Source of the DNA: Lophium mytilinum
Lineage: Eukaryota
Length of the DNA stretch: 64,000 nucleotides
NCBI GenBank assembly: GCA_010093605.1
Contig: MU004193.1
Location: 1,061,520-1,125,519, forward strand
Direction of reading: 5' to 3'
How positions within the stretch are numbered: position 1 is the first letter of the stretch; each line of letters begins with the position of its first letter. This document shows, piece by piece, positions 35,600 to 48,016 of the stretch. Position numbers and translations under genes: made by a program. The notes beneath the pieces are model-generated. The model ran no database searches. It had not been told where the DNA came from and was given only the letters and a program-made list of their open reading frames with translations.

Positions 35600-36573
35600 A
35601 TGTATATCTGTGCCCTCCCTCTCCTCATCGCTGCCGCTCAAGCATTTTCACCTCACGACACACCATCCGACTCCTCTGCCGCGCTCCCCTTCTATCCACA
35701 ACCCCTTCTCTCGCAGATTCCCAACTCGCTGTCTTCTGGCCTAGGCCTACCCTCCACTTGCGGCCCCACCCCAGTCTGCCCACCCTACGAAGGCTTCATC
35801 CGCAACGTCAACAGCCGTGCATACCGTCTCTACTGCTTTAATGCCCCCTACGGCGCCTGGGCCTGGTTGCCCGCATCCAAAACCCTAGCAGAGTGCGAAT
35901 CGCACTGTCACGCCAGCACGCTCGAGTGCAACGGGCTCACATGGTTTCCTCTGACCAACGCTTGCGCAGTTGTATACTCAAAAGACGCGCAACCCTACGT
36001 ACGTCAATCCCTCTTTTCCAGAAGAACAAAGCGCTGAATTAGGATCTCTAGATCTGGGACAACGGCTACCAAAAAGTCGCCGCCATCCCACTCAACCACT
36101 CCATCGCGGCTTTCGGGCCTGGCATGCTGTGTCCACTCCCAGGCTCCGATAACCAGGTGTGGGCGTTTAATCCGCAGCTGCCGACACCGTTTCCGCCGTC
36201 GTCTGCTGATCCGCTTACTGGGAATACGGCAACCGTGAGGTTTAAGCTCTCCTGCACGAACCTGTTTGCTGTGCCCCCGGCTGCAAAGAAGCCTGTTGGA
36301 GAGGTGCTTAGTGTGACTGATTGTGCGTTCGCTTGTGTGAAGGATGCGGCGTGCGCGGCGTTTCATTATTACCAGCCGTACTTTCCTGGGGGGCCAGCGA
36401 ATGGGCGGAGGACGTGCGAGTTGGTGGTTGGAGAGGTGGGGGAAGGGAATTGGACGGGTATTGATAAGCCGAATAAGTATGTGAGTGGATTCAAAGTAGG
36501 AGGAGGAGAGTGTGGAGACGAGGGGTGGAATCGGGATGGGAAAGGGGTGGTAGAGGACAAGGGGGAGGTGTGA
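35600..36573 (+). CDS. Secreted Cys-rich protein with two PAN/apple-like modules, 2 exons
   Basis: Signal peptide; TLAECESHCHASTLECNGLTW...C and SVTDCAFACVKDAACAAFHY...C (Cx3Cx5-6C pattern); intron 35999-36051 joins the two ORFs in frame. Confidence 0.8.
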
Positions 36574-36632
36574 GAGCGGTGAGGTAGCTGGTGGCGGTGT
36601 CACTCAAAAAGGGACAGTTTTTCGAGAATTCA

Positions 36633-36890
36633 GTTTCCACGTGACTGCAATTACTTGTTCGAGCAGGACTTGGCGAAGGTGGCACCAAAACCGTGAAGCC
36701 CAGGGAGCACCCGAGGTGTTTCCACGTGACTAGAGTTAAATGGCTACTATTTTTCGTTAACTCATGCTCTTTTGCTCTTCTCGACCGCTTTGGCTAAGTC
36801 AGCGTCATGACCGGCAACTATGGGGTCTTTCCTGTAAAAGTTTGTGATTAAGTTTCTTCCTTGGTGTCTTAGACTCATACCTCGCTTGCA
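36633..36890 (-). repeat. Right arm: inverted copy of the 33 kb repeat
   Basis: Reverse complement of 36633-36731 (agtcacgtggaaacacctcgggtgctccctgggcttcacggttttggtgccaccttcgccaagtcctgctcgaacaagtaattgcagtcacgtgga) matches 33244-33346; 36855-36888 matches 33011-33048 in inverted orientation. Confidence 0.88.
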
Positions 36891-37234
36891 TCACCGCCAA
36901 CTTGAAGGAAGCAAAGGGGCTTTGAAAAATATAGAATGCTGGTCCATAGGTCTGGGCACACGAATATCATCAATGCTCGGCCCCGATCTTGCTCACTTGA
37001 TACCACTGAGAGGAGTGGCTTAGGTAGTCCGTCGCTAATCAGTCAAGAAGCATCCTAATTTGCACTGCTTGAAACTTAACATCGCACCTAGACTTCTGAA
37101 ACTCTTTGGGGGACCCCTGACGGTGGCAAACGAATGTGCGCAGGACTTGTGGCCTGACACTGTATACTCTTAGCGAACACACGCTCACGGGCCGCACTTA
37201 GTATGCCGTTGATGCTAGATGCTCGATGCCGGTT

Positions 37235-39422
37235 TTACTCGATCCCCTTTCCTTCCTTTATCATCGCTAGGCCAATCTCTTTTAGCTTAAACTTCTGTAT
37301 CTTCCCGCTCGCAGTCTTCGGGTAGCCGTCTACCCAGAACACATACTTCGGCACTACATTACTAATTAGCACAATTTCTTAAACCCAACCCCCTTCCTCC
37401 CCCAGAAAAAGAAAAAACAGCACTCACCCAAATGATGGCTCAACTTCCCCCTAACCCACTCCCTCACCTCCCCCGCGCCCACTAACCCCCCTTTCCCCTC
37501 CCCTCCATCCGATCCCTCCTGCCTCACCACAAACGCGCCCACACACTCCCCATACCGCTCATCCGGCAACCCCACCACACTCACCTCCGCCACCCCCGGA
37601 TGCGCAAACAAACAATTCTCCACCTCCAAAGGATGAATATTTTCACCCCCCCTGATAATCAAATCCTTAATCCGGCCCGTAATCTTCACATACCCCTCCT
37701 CATCCATACTCGCCTCATCCCCCGTATGCATCCACACCCTGCCCTCCTCATCTGGAACAAGGACTTCAGCGCTGCGCTTCGCATCCCCCCAGTACCCGCT
37801 CATAACACTATACCCCGCCACCGCCAACTCGCCCCGCGCGCCGAGCGGCAGGATACGCGACGCATCCGCCGGCGCCACGATTTTCGCGGCGATGTGCGGG
37901 AGGAGACGGCCCACACTATTAATCCGCTTATCCATGGGGTCTGTAGTTGTCGTCATTGCAGAGACCGGGGAGGTTTCTGTCATGCCGTAGCAAATCGTGA
38001 GTTCAGTGAGGTTGAGGCGTTTGTGCAGTTTGCGCATGATCTCGGCGGGGATGGAGCTGCCGGCGGCGATGCCGGTGCGGAGGGAGGGGAAGGAGGTGTA
38101 GGGGACGGCGCGGGCGGCGAGGAGCTCGAGCTCGGCGAGGAACATGGTGGGGACGCCGTAGAGGGCTGTTGCGGAGTAGGCGTGGACGGAGTGCAGGGTT
38201 TCGAGGGGGTTGAAGGATTCGGAGGGGAAGACGATGGCGGAGGCGTGGGTTGCGGTGGCCATGTAGCCGAGGATGCAGCCGAAGCAGCTGGAGGGTGTTA
38301 GGGCGTGAGTTGGGAAGGGGAAACGGGGGGGGGAGGTGTAGGTTGGGGTGAACGTACTGGAATAGGGGTGGGGGGCAGACGACGATGTCATCGGGGGTCA
38401 GCAGCATGCGGTCGCCGATGCTGTTACCGTTGTTGAGGATGGAGCGGTGGGAGAGGCATGCGGCTTTTGGCATCGACGTCGTGCCGGAGGTGAACTGGAT
38501 GTTAACGATATCATTGCGGTCGAGGCCTTGGTCTGGGAGAGCGTGGCCTGAGCCTCCATCTTCGAGGACGTCCTCGTAGCGAGTAGTGCTTTTGTAGTCT
38601 AAGGGGTCGATCCGTCCATTGGAGTTGTTGACCATGATGACGCTTCTCAGAGACGGGACGAGATCGGATTCCACATCCTGAATCTGGCCACCCTCTAAAT
38701 CCGGAATGATGTGAGTGAGGAGAGGTATATTCGACCGTGGGTCTTTCCGTGGAAGATTCGTCTCGGCGCCGATTATGAGATGGGACGCCTCGAGGTGGTT
38801 TAATGCGGAAACGACTTGCATAGCGTTGAAAGCCGGATTCAATGGGACCTATACCACAATCAGCCCTTCAAAACACATGCACATAGAAACGGGCCACGGG
38901 CATACCAATATAGCTCCGAGCTTGAACACCGCATACGTAGCCTTTCCATAACAATCAGTTCCTGCAAGGCTTTCACAACCTATCTAAGAATAGGTTCTAT
39001 ACCGTCGCATATTCAACATTATTCCCCAATGACACCGCCACCCGATCGCCCTTCTGCACTCCCAGAGCCGCGAGGCCCCTCGCTAGAGCATTGCTATCGC
39101 GGTCCAGGGCGTCGTACGTGAGGCGGGTTTGCTGGTGTCGTGATATAACGCTGGATTATTCGTGTTAGCGTTGACTTCTTCTAAAGAGGGCTGAGACGTA
39201 CGCAGTCCGATCTCCGTGTTGCCTTACAACACCAGCGAAGTGTTCGCCCACAGTTTGTTCGAGCAAGGGGGGCTATAAGCATAAGTATTGGCCTGCAGAT
39301 GGGAGGCCTGAGGAACCTACCTCGAACGGCCCGACGCTGAATGACTGGGTGAGCAGGCCGCGCTTATAGCTCCGGAAAGGTGAGCGGAAGCAAGCTCTTC
39401 TTAAAAGGCGAGAGGGAAGCAT
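37235..39422 (-). CDS. AMP-dependent acyl-CoA synthetase (ACSF2-like, probably mitochondrial), 7 exons
   Basis: [62 protein letters not shown]; Arg/Ser-rich N-terminal presequence; six GT-AG introns reconstruct one frame. Confidence 0.93.
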
Positions 39423-40061
39423 GACTGTTTTGGAAACATAAAAAGATGGTGAGGATGAAAGGTAAGAAGTGTAGTAGTAAAAATGAGCTGGTCTCTCAAG
39501 CTTCAATTGAAGCTTTGGTAGGATATTATCCTGGGCAAAGGTAAGCTCTAGCTTCTACAACAACTCTAATTAGATCTCGCAGTATTTTTCAATACAATTG
39601 CCTTGCATAGCTCCATGATCCGAGACTGTCGAGAAAAGAGGACGTGGGAGCAGCGGAATGACGAGGCCGAAAGCTGCAGGGGGAAGCTCGGGCTTTGCGG
39701 GGTTTCCTTTTGCCCTGATTTTGAGGGGTTGGCGGGGCCGCGAGCTCCATGACTCGCGTTGCCTTTCAAGTCCCGAGGTGTAATACCGTCTTGGTAAATC
39801 TCGGGCTTTCATCATTCAGGTTACGTTATACTTCGAAACTCGATTTTTCATCAGTCGCCTCTCTGAGTGTCTAGTATGAAACATTCTTCACCAAAGTACG
39901 GCGTTTGTATAGAGTGCGTCTTTAGCCCCATTCCAAATCATCACGTCACAAGGAAAACACCAAAACAGTTCAAAAGGCAAGAAGTCTTTTATTCAAAATT
40001 ATAGATTACGCTTTTGTTTCCGCGCCATCCCATCATTACTCATCCACTCTACCATCCTCAC

Positions 40062-41897
40062 TCACTGAAAGTACGACGGAATCTCCATACTCCGACGGTA
40101 GATGGTGCTGTTACCAGTATAGTTGCCACTCTGCGTCGTAAAGTCCGACACAACGCTGAAATTTTCAATTCTCCCGAGCAGGATCTCCAGCATGCGGTAC
40201 GCCACACCAGGCGTATACTGCGGCAGCTCGTGGCCCGCAAGCTGGGTCTGGTAGAACGTGAGCCCACGCTCAAGACCCCAGAAGCCAATCTCGCCAGCGC
40301 CAGCCGGGAAACCTCCGTTGGTTTCTGGGTGGTACGGGGCGTAGAGGGGAGTGCCGGGGTACTCTTGCAGACCCTGCTTGCCGTTCCAGGTCATGTTCTG
40401 GATGGCGAGGAGGGTGCCGTTCGTGTTGAGGAGCATGTCGAGGTTGCCAGAGCCAATGATCGTGTTGTTGGTATATTCAATGACGCGAGCGAGGACGCCG
40501 TTCTGCGCGGGGCCAAGCGAAGTGTCGGCGCGGGAGTAGTTGCTGTTCTCGCCGTCACCGAAGACGTTTATGTCGGTGCATTGCATCCAATTGGTACCCA
40601 CGGGCGCGTGGATGGCCTTCTGTACGTCAGTGCGGTTGAAGTACACGGTTGCTCCCGGTGGGTCATAGTCGCCGGTATTGACTATCCCGAGCACGCTGTA
40701 GGGGTGCGGGCAGGTCTCGGTGATGTGGTAGATGTTGTAGCAAGGGTTGACTGCTAGGATGGCGGCGTAGAAGTTGTCGAATTGATCGCAGGTGTAGTCC
40801 TCAGAGGCATAGGGATCAGGGAGAACCGGGAAGGGCTCCTGAGGAGGAGGGAAGGTAAGATACTTGTCCATGTACTGAGTGTAGTTGCAGAACTCGTTGT
40901 GCTCGCGCATCTCCTCCAAGAAGGTCTCATTCAGGTAGAAGAGTTTGTTCCAGTATTCAACGTATGCCAATTGCACAACTATCGCTGGTTAGCTAGCTGA
41001 TGCGACTGTTAGGGATTTGGAACTTACCTTGTTGCTGGTTGGTCTCGTCACCAATGATGGGATCGTTGATACCAACACCAGCGAGGTTGTAGTAGTCCGT
41101 GTCATCGGCGGTGATGAAGGCATCAGCGATATACGGGACGTAGAAGCGGTTGGTATGTTAGTTTGTTATGTTTCATATGTAAATTGAGGCAATTTACTCA
41201 CCCAGCGTAGCTCTCGCCAGTAAGGTAAACCTTCCACTTATGAACATCAAAAGTCTCGACGAATTGCTTGTAGAAGCCGATGAACTCCAGACCAAGCTCG
41301 ACCTCGTTGGTGATGTTGGGAGTGCCCTGGGTGAAGCCGACACCAACTGGCTGCTCGACCCACACCATGTTAGTCAGGTTCACCCAAGTGTATGGGTTTG
41401 GCGTAGGAGCAAGAGTGCCCGCATCCCAAACGAACGGACCATTCTCAGTAAGAAGGCCGGAGAGGGAGCTGCAGCCTGGGCCTCCGTTGAACCAAATGGT
41501 GATCTCCTCGCCGGGATTGGGGTTGGTAGACGGGAAGAACCAGAAGAAGAGCTCTCGAGTCTCATCCGGGTCGTCTGAGATGGGTAGCAGACCGGCGTAT
41601 GACTCGCCAATGTCGAAGGGGACGTCCGGAATTCCGGTACCATTCACAGCGAACTCTGGGCAACGATCAATTGGAGCTGCAACTGGAAGGGGGAGAGTGC
41701 TTACCCTTGGTCTTATCAGTCAACCAGCGAGAGGCACGCTTCTGCAGCTTCGCATTGTGGAAGGGCTGCCCAGGCTCCCGCTTCTCGATGGTAGGACTGC
41801 GGACCTTGTTGAAAGCACCGAATCCATGGGGAGTGCTTCCGGCAATGGCAGTGGACGCGCAAAAGAGCGTAGCGACGCAAGCAAGGGAGAACCGCAT
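40062..41897 (-). CDS. Secreted serine carboxypeptidase (peptidase S10), 4 exons; second intron has an anomalous acceptor
   Basis: Signal peptide; ESYAGLLP, WFNGGPGCSSL, VEQPVGVGF, GESYAG nucleophile, GNLDMLL, AGHELPQY. Confidence 0.92.
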
Positions 41898-42939
41898 CTT
41901 GGAGTAATAGGAATAGACTGAGGCTGATTGAGAGGAGCAATGCTGAGAACGAGGAGGGCCCCGGTATTTGAAGGAATCGCATCATGACGGAATCTCATCT
42001 GCAAGGACATGGGAAATCGACAGGGAGATAGCTGCTTGCCCAATATAGCAGGAGCCCCGGAATAAGGAAGCAGGCAATATGGAAGGATTGGAAGCTTCGC
42101 AGGCTGCCATGGCTGTGCTAGTGGCGATAGCCGCCCAGGGCAGCTGTTCGCAAGCTTTCTCCCATGCTTCTTGGCTGTAGCTTCGATGGGCCGTTGGGGG
42201 AAGTCGAAGCCGATTGGAGCATGGGCTCTAGTAATCGGGGTCCCGGGTGCAGTTATCGTATCAAGTAACTGCGTAGAAAGGCCGGCGTGCAATCGAACTT
42301 ACGGTGCATGAAGAAGCCTGGGCGAACCGGTGTCGAGTCCACCAGCCTGACCGGGCAGGAGGTCGTGATGCACCGCAGTCATGACGATAGATGCAGGTCC
42401 CCTAACGAAGGCCGATGGCCCGACCTGCCCGCCCGAGCATAGCGGCCGCGTGCGGCTGTGGGGGACCGAGGATGGTGAGTGGTCGATAGTTTGAATGGCA
42501 GCACAGCCCTCGTGCTGTTGAACAAGGCTACCCGGGTGTGGCACACGCCCCCCAGATTGGCAGAAGCTTATCTCCTGCCGCTCCCATCCAATCACGCTCA
42601 GGCCAGGCGTGATTCGTAAAGCCAGGTACACTTGCGAATTTACGAGAAAAGCGCCGCCTTCGCTGTCTCCGAGGTCCGGTTATAAACGCTCTTCTTGACG
42701 CTCAACTGCCTGTTCAACGATAGTGCAGGGACCCCACGTTTGCTTCCGAGTTCCTCTTAGCGAATTCTGCCTTGAAGGATGCTGACGACAGCAGTCTCAG
42801 GTAGATCTCGTGATATATGGGGTTACGGTCGCAATCATCGAGGCTTTTACTCCAAGATCTGTTGGTACTGGCAGTGTATTTCCTTAGGAACGAGCTTCAT
42901 CGCCTATACCAGACGTCTTCGAGTCCTTATTCCCACACC

Positions 42940-43352
42940 TGCACGTTGACCTTACTAAGCCATGTTTGTCTTGGCAGTTTACACACCCGTGACTTCCCAA
43001 AAAGGCAGGGCTTGGCGGTGCACAAGAACTGTGGAAGGCAGGTGCATGTAAACAGCCAAGCCATGTAAGGCTTAGTAAGGAATCTTGGCAGTTTACATGC
43101 ACCTGCCTTCCTTGCTCAGGTGGGGTGTTGGGGTGCAACTCGCCAAGCCTCTGCTTTCCACACTTTTTCCTACAACCCCAAGCCCTGCCTCTTCAGGTAT
43201 CCTGCTGCAGCCGCTTACTAAGCCAGCAGCATCTGCCTCAGAATACCCCTGACCTGCTGCTACACGCCAAGCCTCTGCCTTCCACACTTTTCGCGGCAGC
43301 TACTGAGCCCTGCCTCTTCAGGTAACCACCTGCAGCAGGTCCTTACTAAGCG
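42940..43352. repeat. Complex intergenic repeat: nested inverted repeats plus a 124-bp direct duplication
   Basis: 43033-43060 and 43084-43111 form a 28-bp inverted repeat with 1 mismatch; cttactaagc occurs 4 times (once inverted); 43142-43223 resembles 43266-43350. Confidence 0.85.
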
Positions 43353-43567
43353 GTGTTTTTCTTGGTAGTTTTCATCGTCGTCTCAGAGCATAATGTACAA
43401 TCACGTTGATATCGCGTGACTCGGACACACGAACTGTAGCACTTTCATTTCACATCTCCACATAACGTGATTGTATAAACAAAGCTAATTCAACCTATCC
43501 TCAACCCCCTAACTATTCCAACCACCCTCCACACTCTCCACCCCACCTCCCCTTTCCCTTCCCTCCC

Positions 43568-46500
43568 TCATTTCCCCTCCAACGTCCTCAAAATCGCATC
43601 ACAACTCTCCTTCGCATCCCCAAACAACATCCGCGCATTCTCCATAAAAAACATCGGATTCTGCACATCCGCATACCCACTCGCCATCCCCCGCTTCATC
43701 ACCACCACCTTCCCACTCTTCCACGCCTGCAACACCGGCATCCCCGCAATCGCCGACCCCGGCTCCAGTGCAATCGGATTAACCGTATCATTCGCACCAA
43801 TCACCAACGTGACATCCGTCTCCCCGAAATCATCGTTAATCTCGTCCATCTCCAGCACGATGTCGTACGGCACCGACGCTTCCGCCAGCAGCACGTTGCA
43901 CTGCCCCGGCATGCGCCCAGCGACCGGGTGGATGGCGAAGCGCACGTTGACGCCTTTCGCGCGGAGGATGCGGGTGATTTCCGAGATGGCGTATTGGGCT
44001 TTGGCGACGGCCATGCCGTAGCCGACGACGATGATGACGTTTTCCGCGTTGACGAGGAGGTCGGTTGTTTCGTCGATGGTGGTCTTGGTCACTTCGCCTT
44101 CGATCTTGACGGCGTTGTCGGCTGGGCCCGCGATGCCGCCGAAGAGGACGTTGGTGAGAGAGCGGTTCATCGCGACGCACATGATGTAGGAGAGGATCGA
44201 GCCGCTGACGCCGATGAGCGCACCGACGGAGGTGAGAAGGGGGTTGTCGAGCATGAAGCCCTCAGCTACGAGGGCGAAGCCAGAGTAGGCGTTTAGAACG
44301 GTGATCACGACGGGCATGTCGGCGCCGCCGATGGCTGCGGTCGTGGTGTACCCTTTCGCAAAGCTAAGAGCGGTGTTGGCTGCGAGACAAGCGGCACCGA
44401 CCATAGGGGCTCCTGGGGCGGCGATGAGGAACGCAGTCATGGTGGCGACGTTCGCGCCAAGGAGGGAGCTGTTGATGATGTGGCGACCGGGGAGAATGGT
44501 GGGTTTAGAGGACATGCGGCCTGCGAGTTTCATGAAGGCGACTATAGAGCCAGTAAAAGTAACGCCGCCTAGTCATGCAATCAGTAGGTGAAGTGCGGCA
44601 AACAATCAGGGGACTTGCCAATGAGAACTCCCAAGTATGCGCTGACCATATGAAGCGTGGAAATATCTCCAATATGCGCCATAACACTGCCAATGCTGGT
44701 GAGAACAGCCGCTAATCCGACGACGGAATGCAATGCTGCTACGGTCTGAGGGAGACCGGTTGGTGTGATGCGTCTACCGATTGCCATGCCTGAATATGTA
44801 ATTAGCATCTTCACATCTCTAGGACTGAGTTCAGTTCATACCAACAATGCTACCAACGCCAGCAACTCCCGCAAATTGTACTAGTACATCCAAGGGAAAC
44901 CCAACAGCAGCCAGGGACGCGAGAATTCCGGACGAAACGCCTAGTATACCGAGCATATTGCCCCGGCGTGCTGTCAATTGGGAGCCAAGGCCAGAAAGAG
45001 AACCTGGAACGTCAGCTAAGTTATAGTACTTTCGGAATGCTATGTAACTTACTCATGCAGAGGACACTGCTGACCAGATAGCCGGCCTGAACCAAGCCAG
45101 CCATACCAGTGCTCGCAGCTGCAATATACCCACCCCCGAATACCACGGCTGGAACTGCATATAGCCACGGGTACTCTGGTGGGTCAGTGGGACCTGTTTT
45201 GCATGTGAGCTTCCCGTGGTCAAAAGCATGGCTTCGTGGAACCTACGTTTGAACATGTCTAGCATGCGTTTCGTAATGACGAAGCCACCAGAAACATTGA
45301 CGGATGCAATGAGGACTGATAGTGCGCCTAGAACCTGAGGAAATGTATGAGGGAGTATACCGCCACCCATGATGAAAAGACCTCCAATGCCGACCATGCC
45401 TGATCCCAAGGGTCAGCTTCAATCAGCGTTTCAGAGGGTATATCTTTACCTGAAATGGCATTCGTCACACTCATTAGAGGAGAATGCAATGCCGGAGAAA
45501 CACCCCACACAACCCGATAACCAATCAAACTCGCAAGCGCAAATGTAAATGCATTCGACATGAAAATTGGACCCGTCAGCTTTCCGAGAACCACTGCAGC
45601 TGACATACCCCCAGTGACTGTGACAACTTCTCTTGACGCTTTCTGCCATGGCGTCAACGCCACTACGTTTGCTGCCTTTTCAGCTTCCGCCTCTGCAAAG
45701 GTTTGCTTTGGAGCCGCTGGTGGCGGAGGAGCCGGACGAGGCGCAACGGGGAGAATCTTGCCGTTGTAGGTCACGATTGACCCGCGTGCCACTTCGTCTT
45801 TGAGATCGACGTCGAAGTATTTGTCTTTTGTTGAAAGCGAGAGGAGGAATTTGGTGATATTGTTTGAGTATAGTGTGGAAGACTGAGTCGGAAGTCTTGA
45901 GGGTAGATCGGTGTATCCTGGAAGGGAATCAGTATTAATGAAAGGTTGCATCTGAAGCAACTTCAAAGACTGCAAAGCTCAAAATGTCGAACATACCAAT
46001 GATAGTGACCCCCTTCTTCTTCACGAGTTGTCCAGGCACCGTAGCGTCGCAATTCCCTCCAGCCTCAGCCGCAAGATCCACAATTACGGATCCAGGCTTC
46101 ATAGCTTCAATCATCTAGACGAACCGTAAGCTTATTATTCTGCACCCTAGGACTTTCATTAGGTGTTACTCACCGCCTTGGTGATAAGCTTTGGAGCTGG
46201 CTTCCCAGGAATCAGGGCTGTGGTGATAACGATATCCACGTCTCGACACTGCTCGGTGAAAAGCTTCATCTCAGCTTCGATGAATTCCTTGGACATTACT
46301 TTTCCGTATCCACCGGCTCCGGAGCCGTCTTCTTTCATCTCGACCTCGATGAATTCGGCGCCCAGGGATTCAACCTGTTCACGGGCGGCGGAGCGGGTGT
46401 CGAAGCCGCGGACTATAGCGCCCATACGGCGGGCCTGGCAATACGTTTGTCATAGTTCCAGGGGGAGTAAGGGAAGACTTACCGTAGCTATAGCACTGAG

Positions 46501-47534
46501 GCCAGCAACACCAGCTCCAATAACCAGAACTTTGCATGGGGGTATCTATAATGATGTTGGCCGGAATGTTATGAGGACAAAGCTTTGCATAGTGATATAT
46601 GTACCTTTCTAAGAATTTTGTTAGCAAGCCTGTAACAATATAAGGAATTGAATCGCATCATGACCGCTCACCCAGCTGCTGTGACTTGACCAGTAAGGAA
46701 ACGACCAAAATGGTTGGATGCTTCCAACACTGCCTTGTATCCGGCAATGTTCGCCATTGAGCTCAACGCATCGAACACTTGCGCCCTGGATATCCGTGGT
46801 ATCATATCCATCGCAAAGCTCGTGACTCCTCGTTCCCCCAGCCTCTTTACCACTTCCGAATTCTGCCCTGGATACAGGAAACTCACCACCGTTGCGCCCT
46901 CCCGCAACGCATCCACCTCCGCATCCGGGCCGTTGATACTTGGCGCCCTGACCTTTAGCAGAATATCCGCGGACGAGAACACGGTTCTGCGGTCGACCGT
47001 CTGAGCGCCAGCTTGCTCGTATGCTTCATCGGTGAATTGCGCTTCCACGCCCGCCCCACGCTCAATGAGCACGCGACTGAAGCCCTTTTTGAGCAGAAGT
47101 GCAACATTCTGAGGCGTGATAGCGACGCGGCGCTCGGAGGGGTAGGTCTCGCGGGGCACTCCGACAGTTAGGGTGGAGTAGGGGCCGGCGGTGAAGGGGG
47201 GTGTGGAGGGGACTTCTTCGTCGTGTGAGTCGATGTCCGGGGCATGGGATGCTGGTCTGATGAGCGTGGCTGCTGCAGGACGGGCCGGAACCTGCGTCTG
47301 CAGCGGTGCCCATCGCGGCGAGGATTGGCGACCGCTGAGTAGGCTTGCTGCGGCTGGCTGCAGGCAGAGACGCTGCTGCTGGAGCTTTCCTTTTCGGTGC
47401 GGTGCATGCTGAGACGTAGGACGTGAGTGTGACTGGAGGACGGAGGCGTAGAGTCGCACCGCTGGCGACAGAGTTTGTTGGCGCAGACGCGTGCTGCAGC
47501 CTCCTGCACGCAGCGTCAAGCCGGGAGTCCACAT
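43568..47534 (-). CDS. NNT: Mitochondrial proton-translocating NAD(P) transhydrogenase (fused dI-dII-dIII), many exons
   Basis: [109 protein letters not shown]; start at 47534 or 47576 uncertain. Confidence 0.96.
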
Positions 47535-48016
47535 GCTAGCGATTGGGAGAGTAGAGAGGCAGTGAAGGGGGTGCAATGGAAGAGAGAAACAGCATCCGCT
47601 CTCGCTGTCCGGCGCCCTCGCAATGCGCTGTCGGATGGGTTAGAGTTACGCAGCAGGAAGAAAAAGAAGAGGTCACGCTCGACACGCGACAGGCGGAGCT
47701 TGCTCGGTTCATAAGGCTCGCACTGCCCTGCGTCACGAGTGCTGGCCGGTTCTGTGCCTCCCACGTTCCTTGGATGCCGTGCTAAAAGCGGGTGTGGGGT
47801 AGCAGCCAATATGCGGGGTATAAATCCGCCTCTGAGTCGCGCGGCATCAAGTGAGCAGATGGCAAATCAACGCCTTTAAGCGGCGCCTGCGACCTTCCCG
47901 ACCCGGTATAATGCTGCGTGGGGTGTTGTAGTCGATGTGTTAATTGAATGAACTCGGGCTTGTGCCCAAAGATACATTGCTCTTCTAGATGGGCCTTACC
48001 ACTCATATCCCACCGG

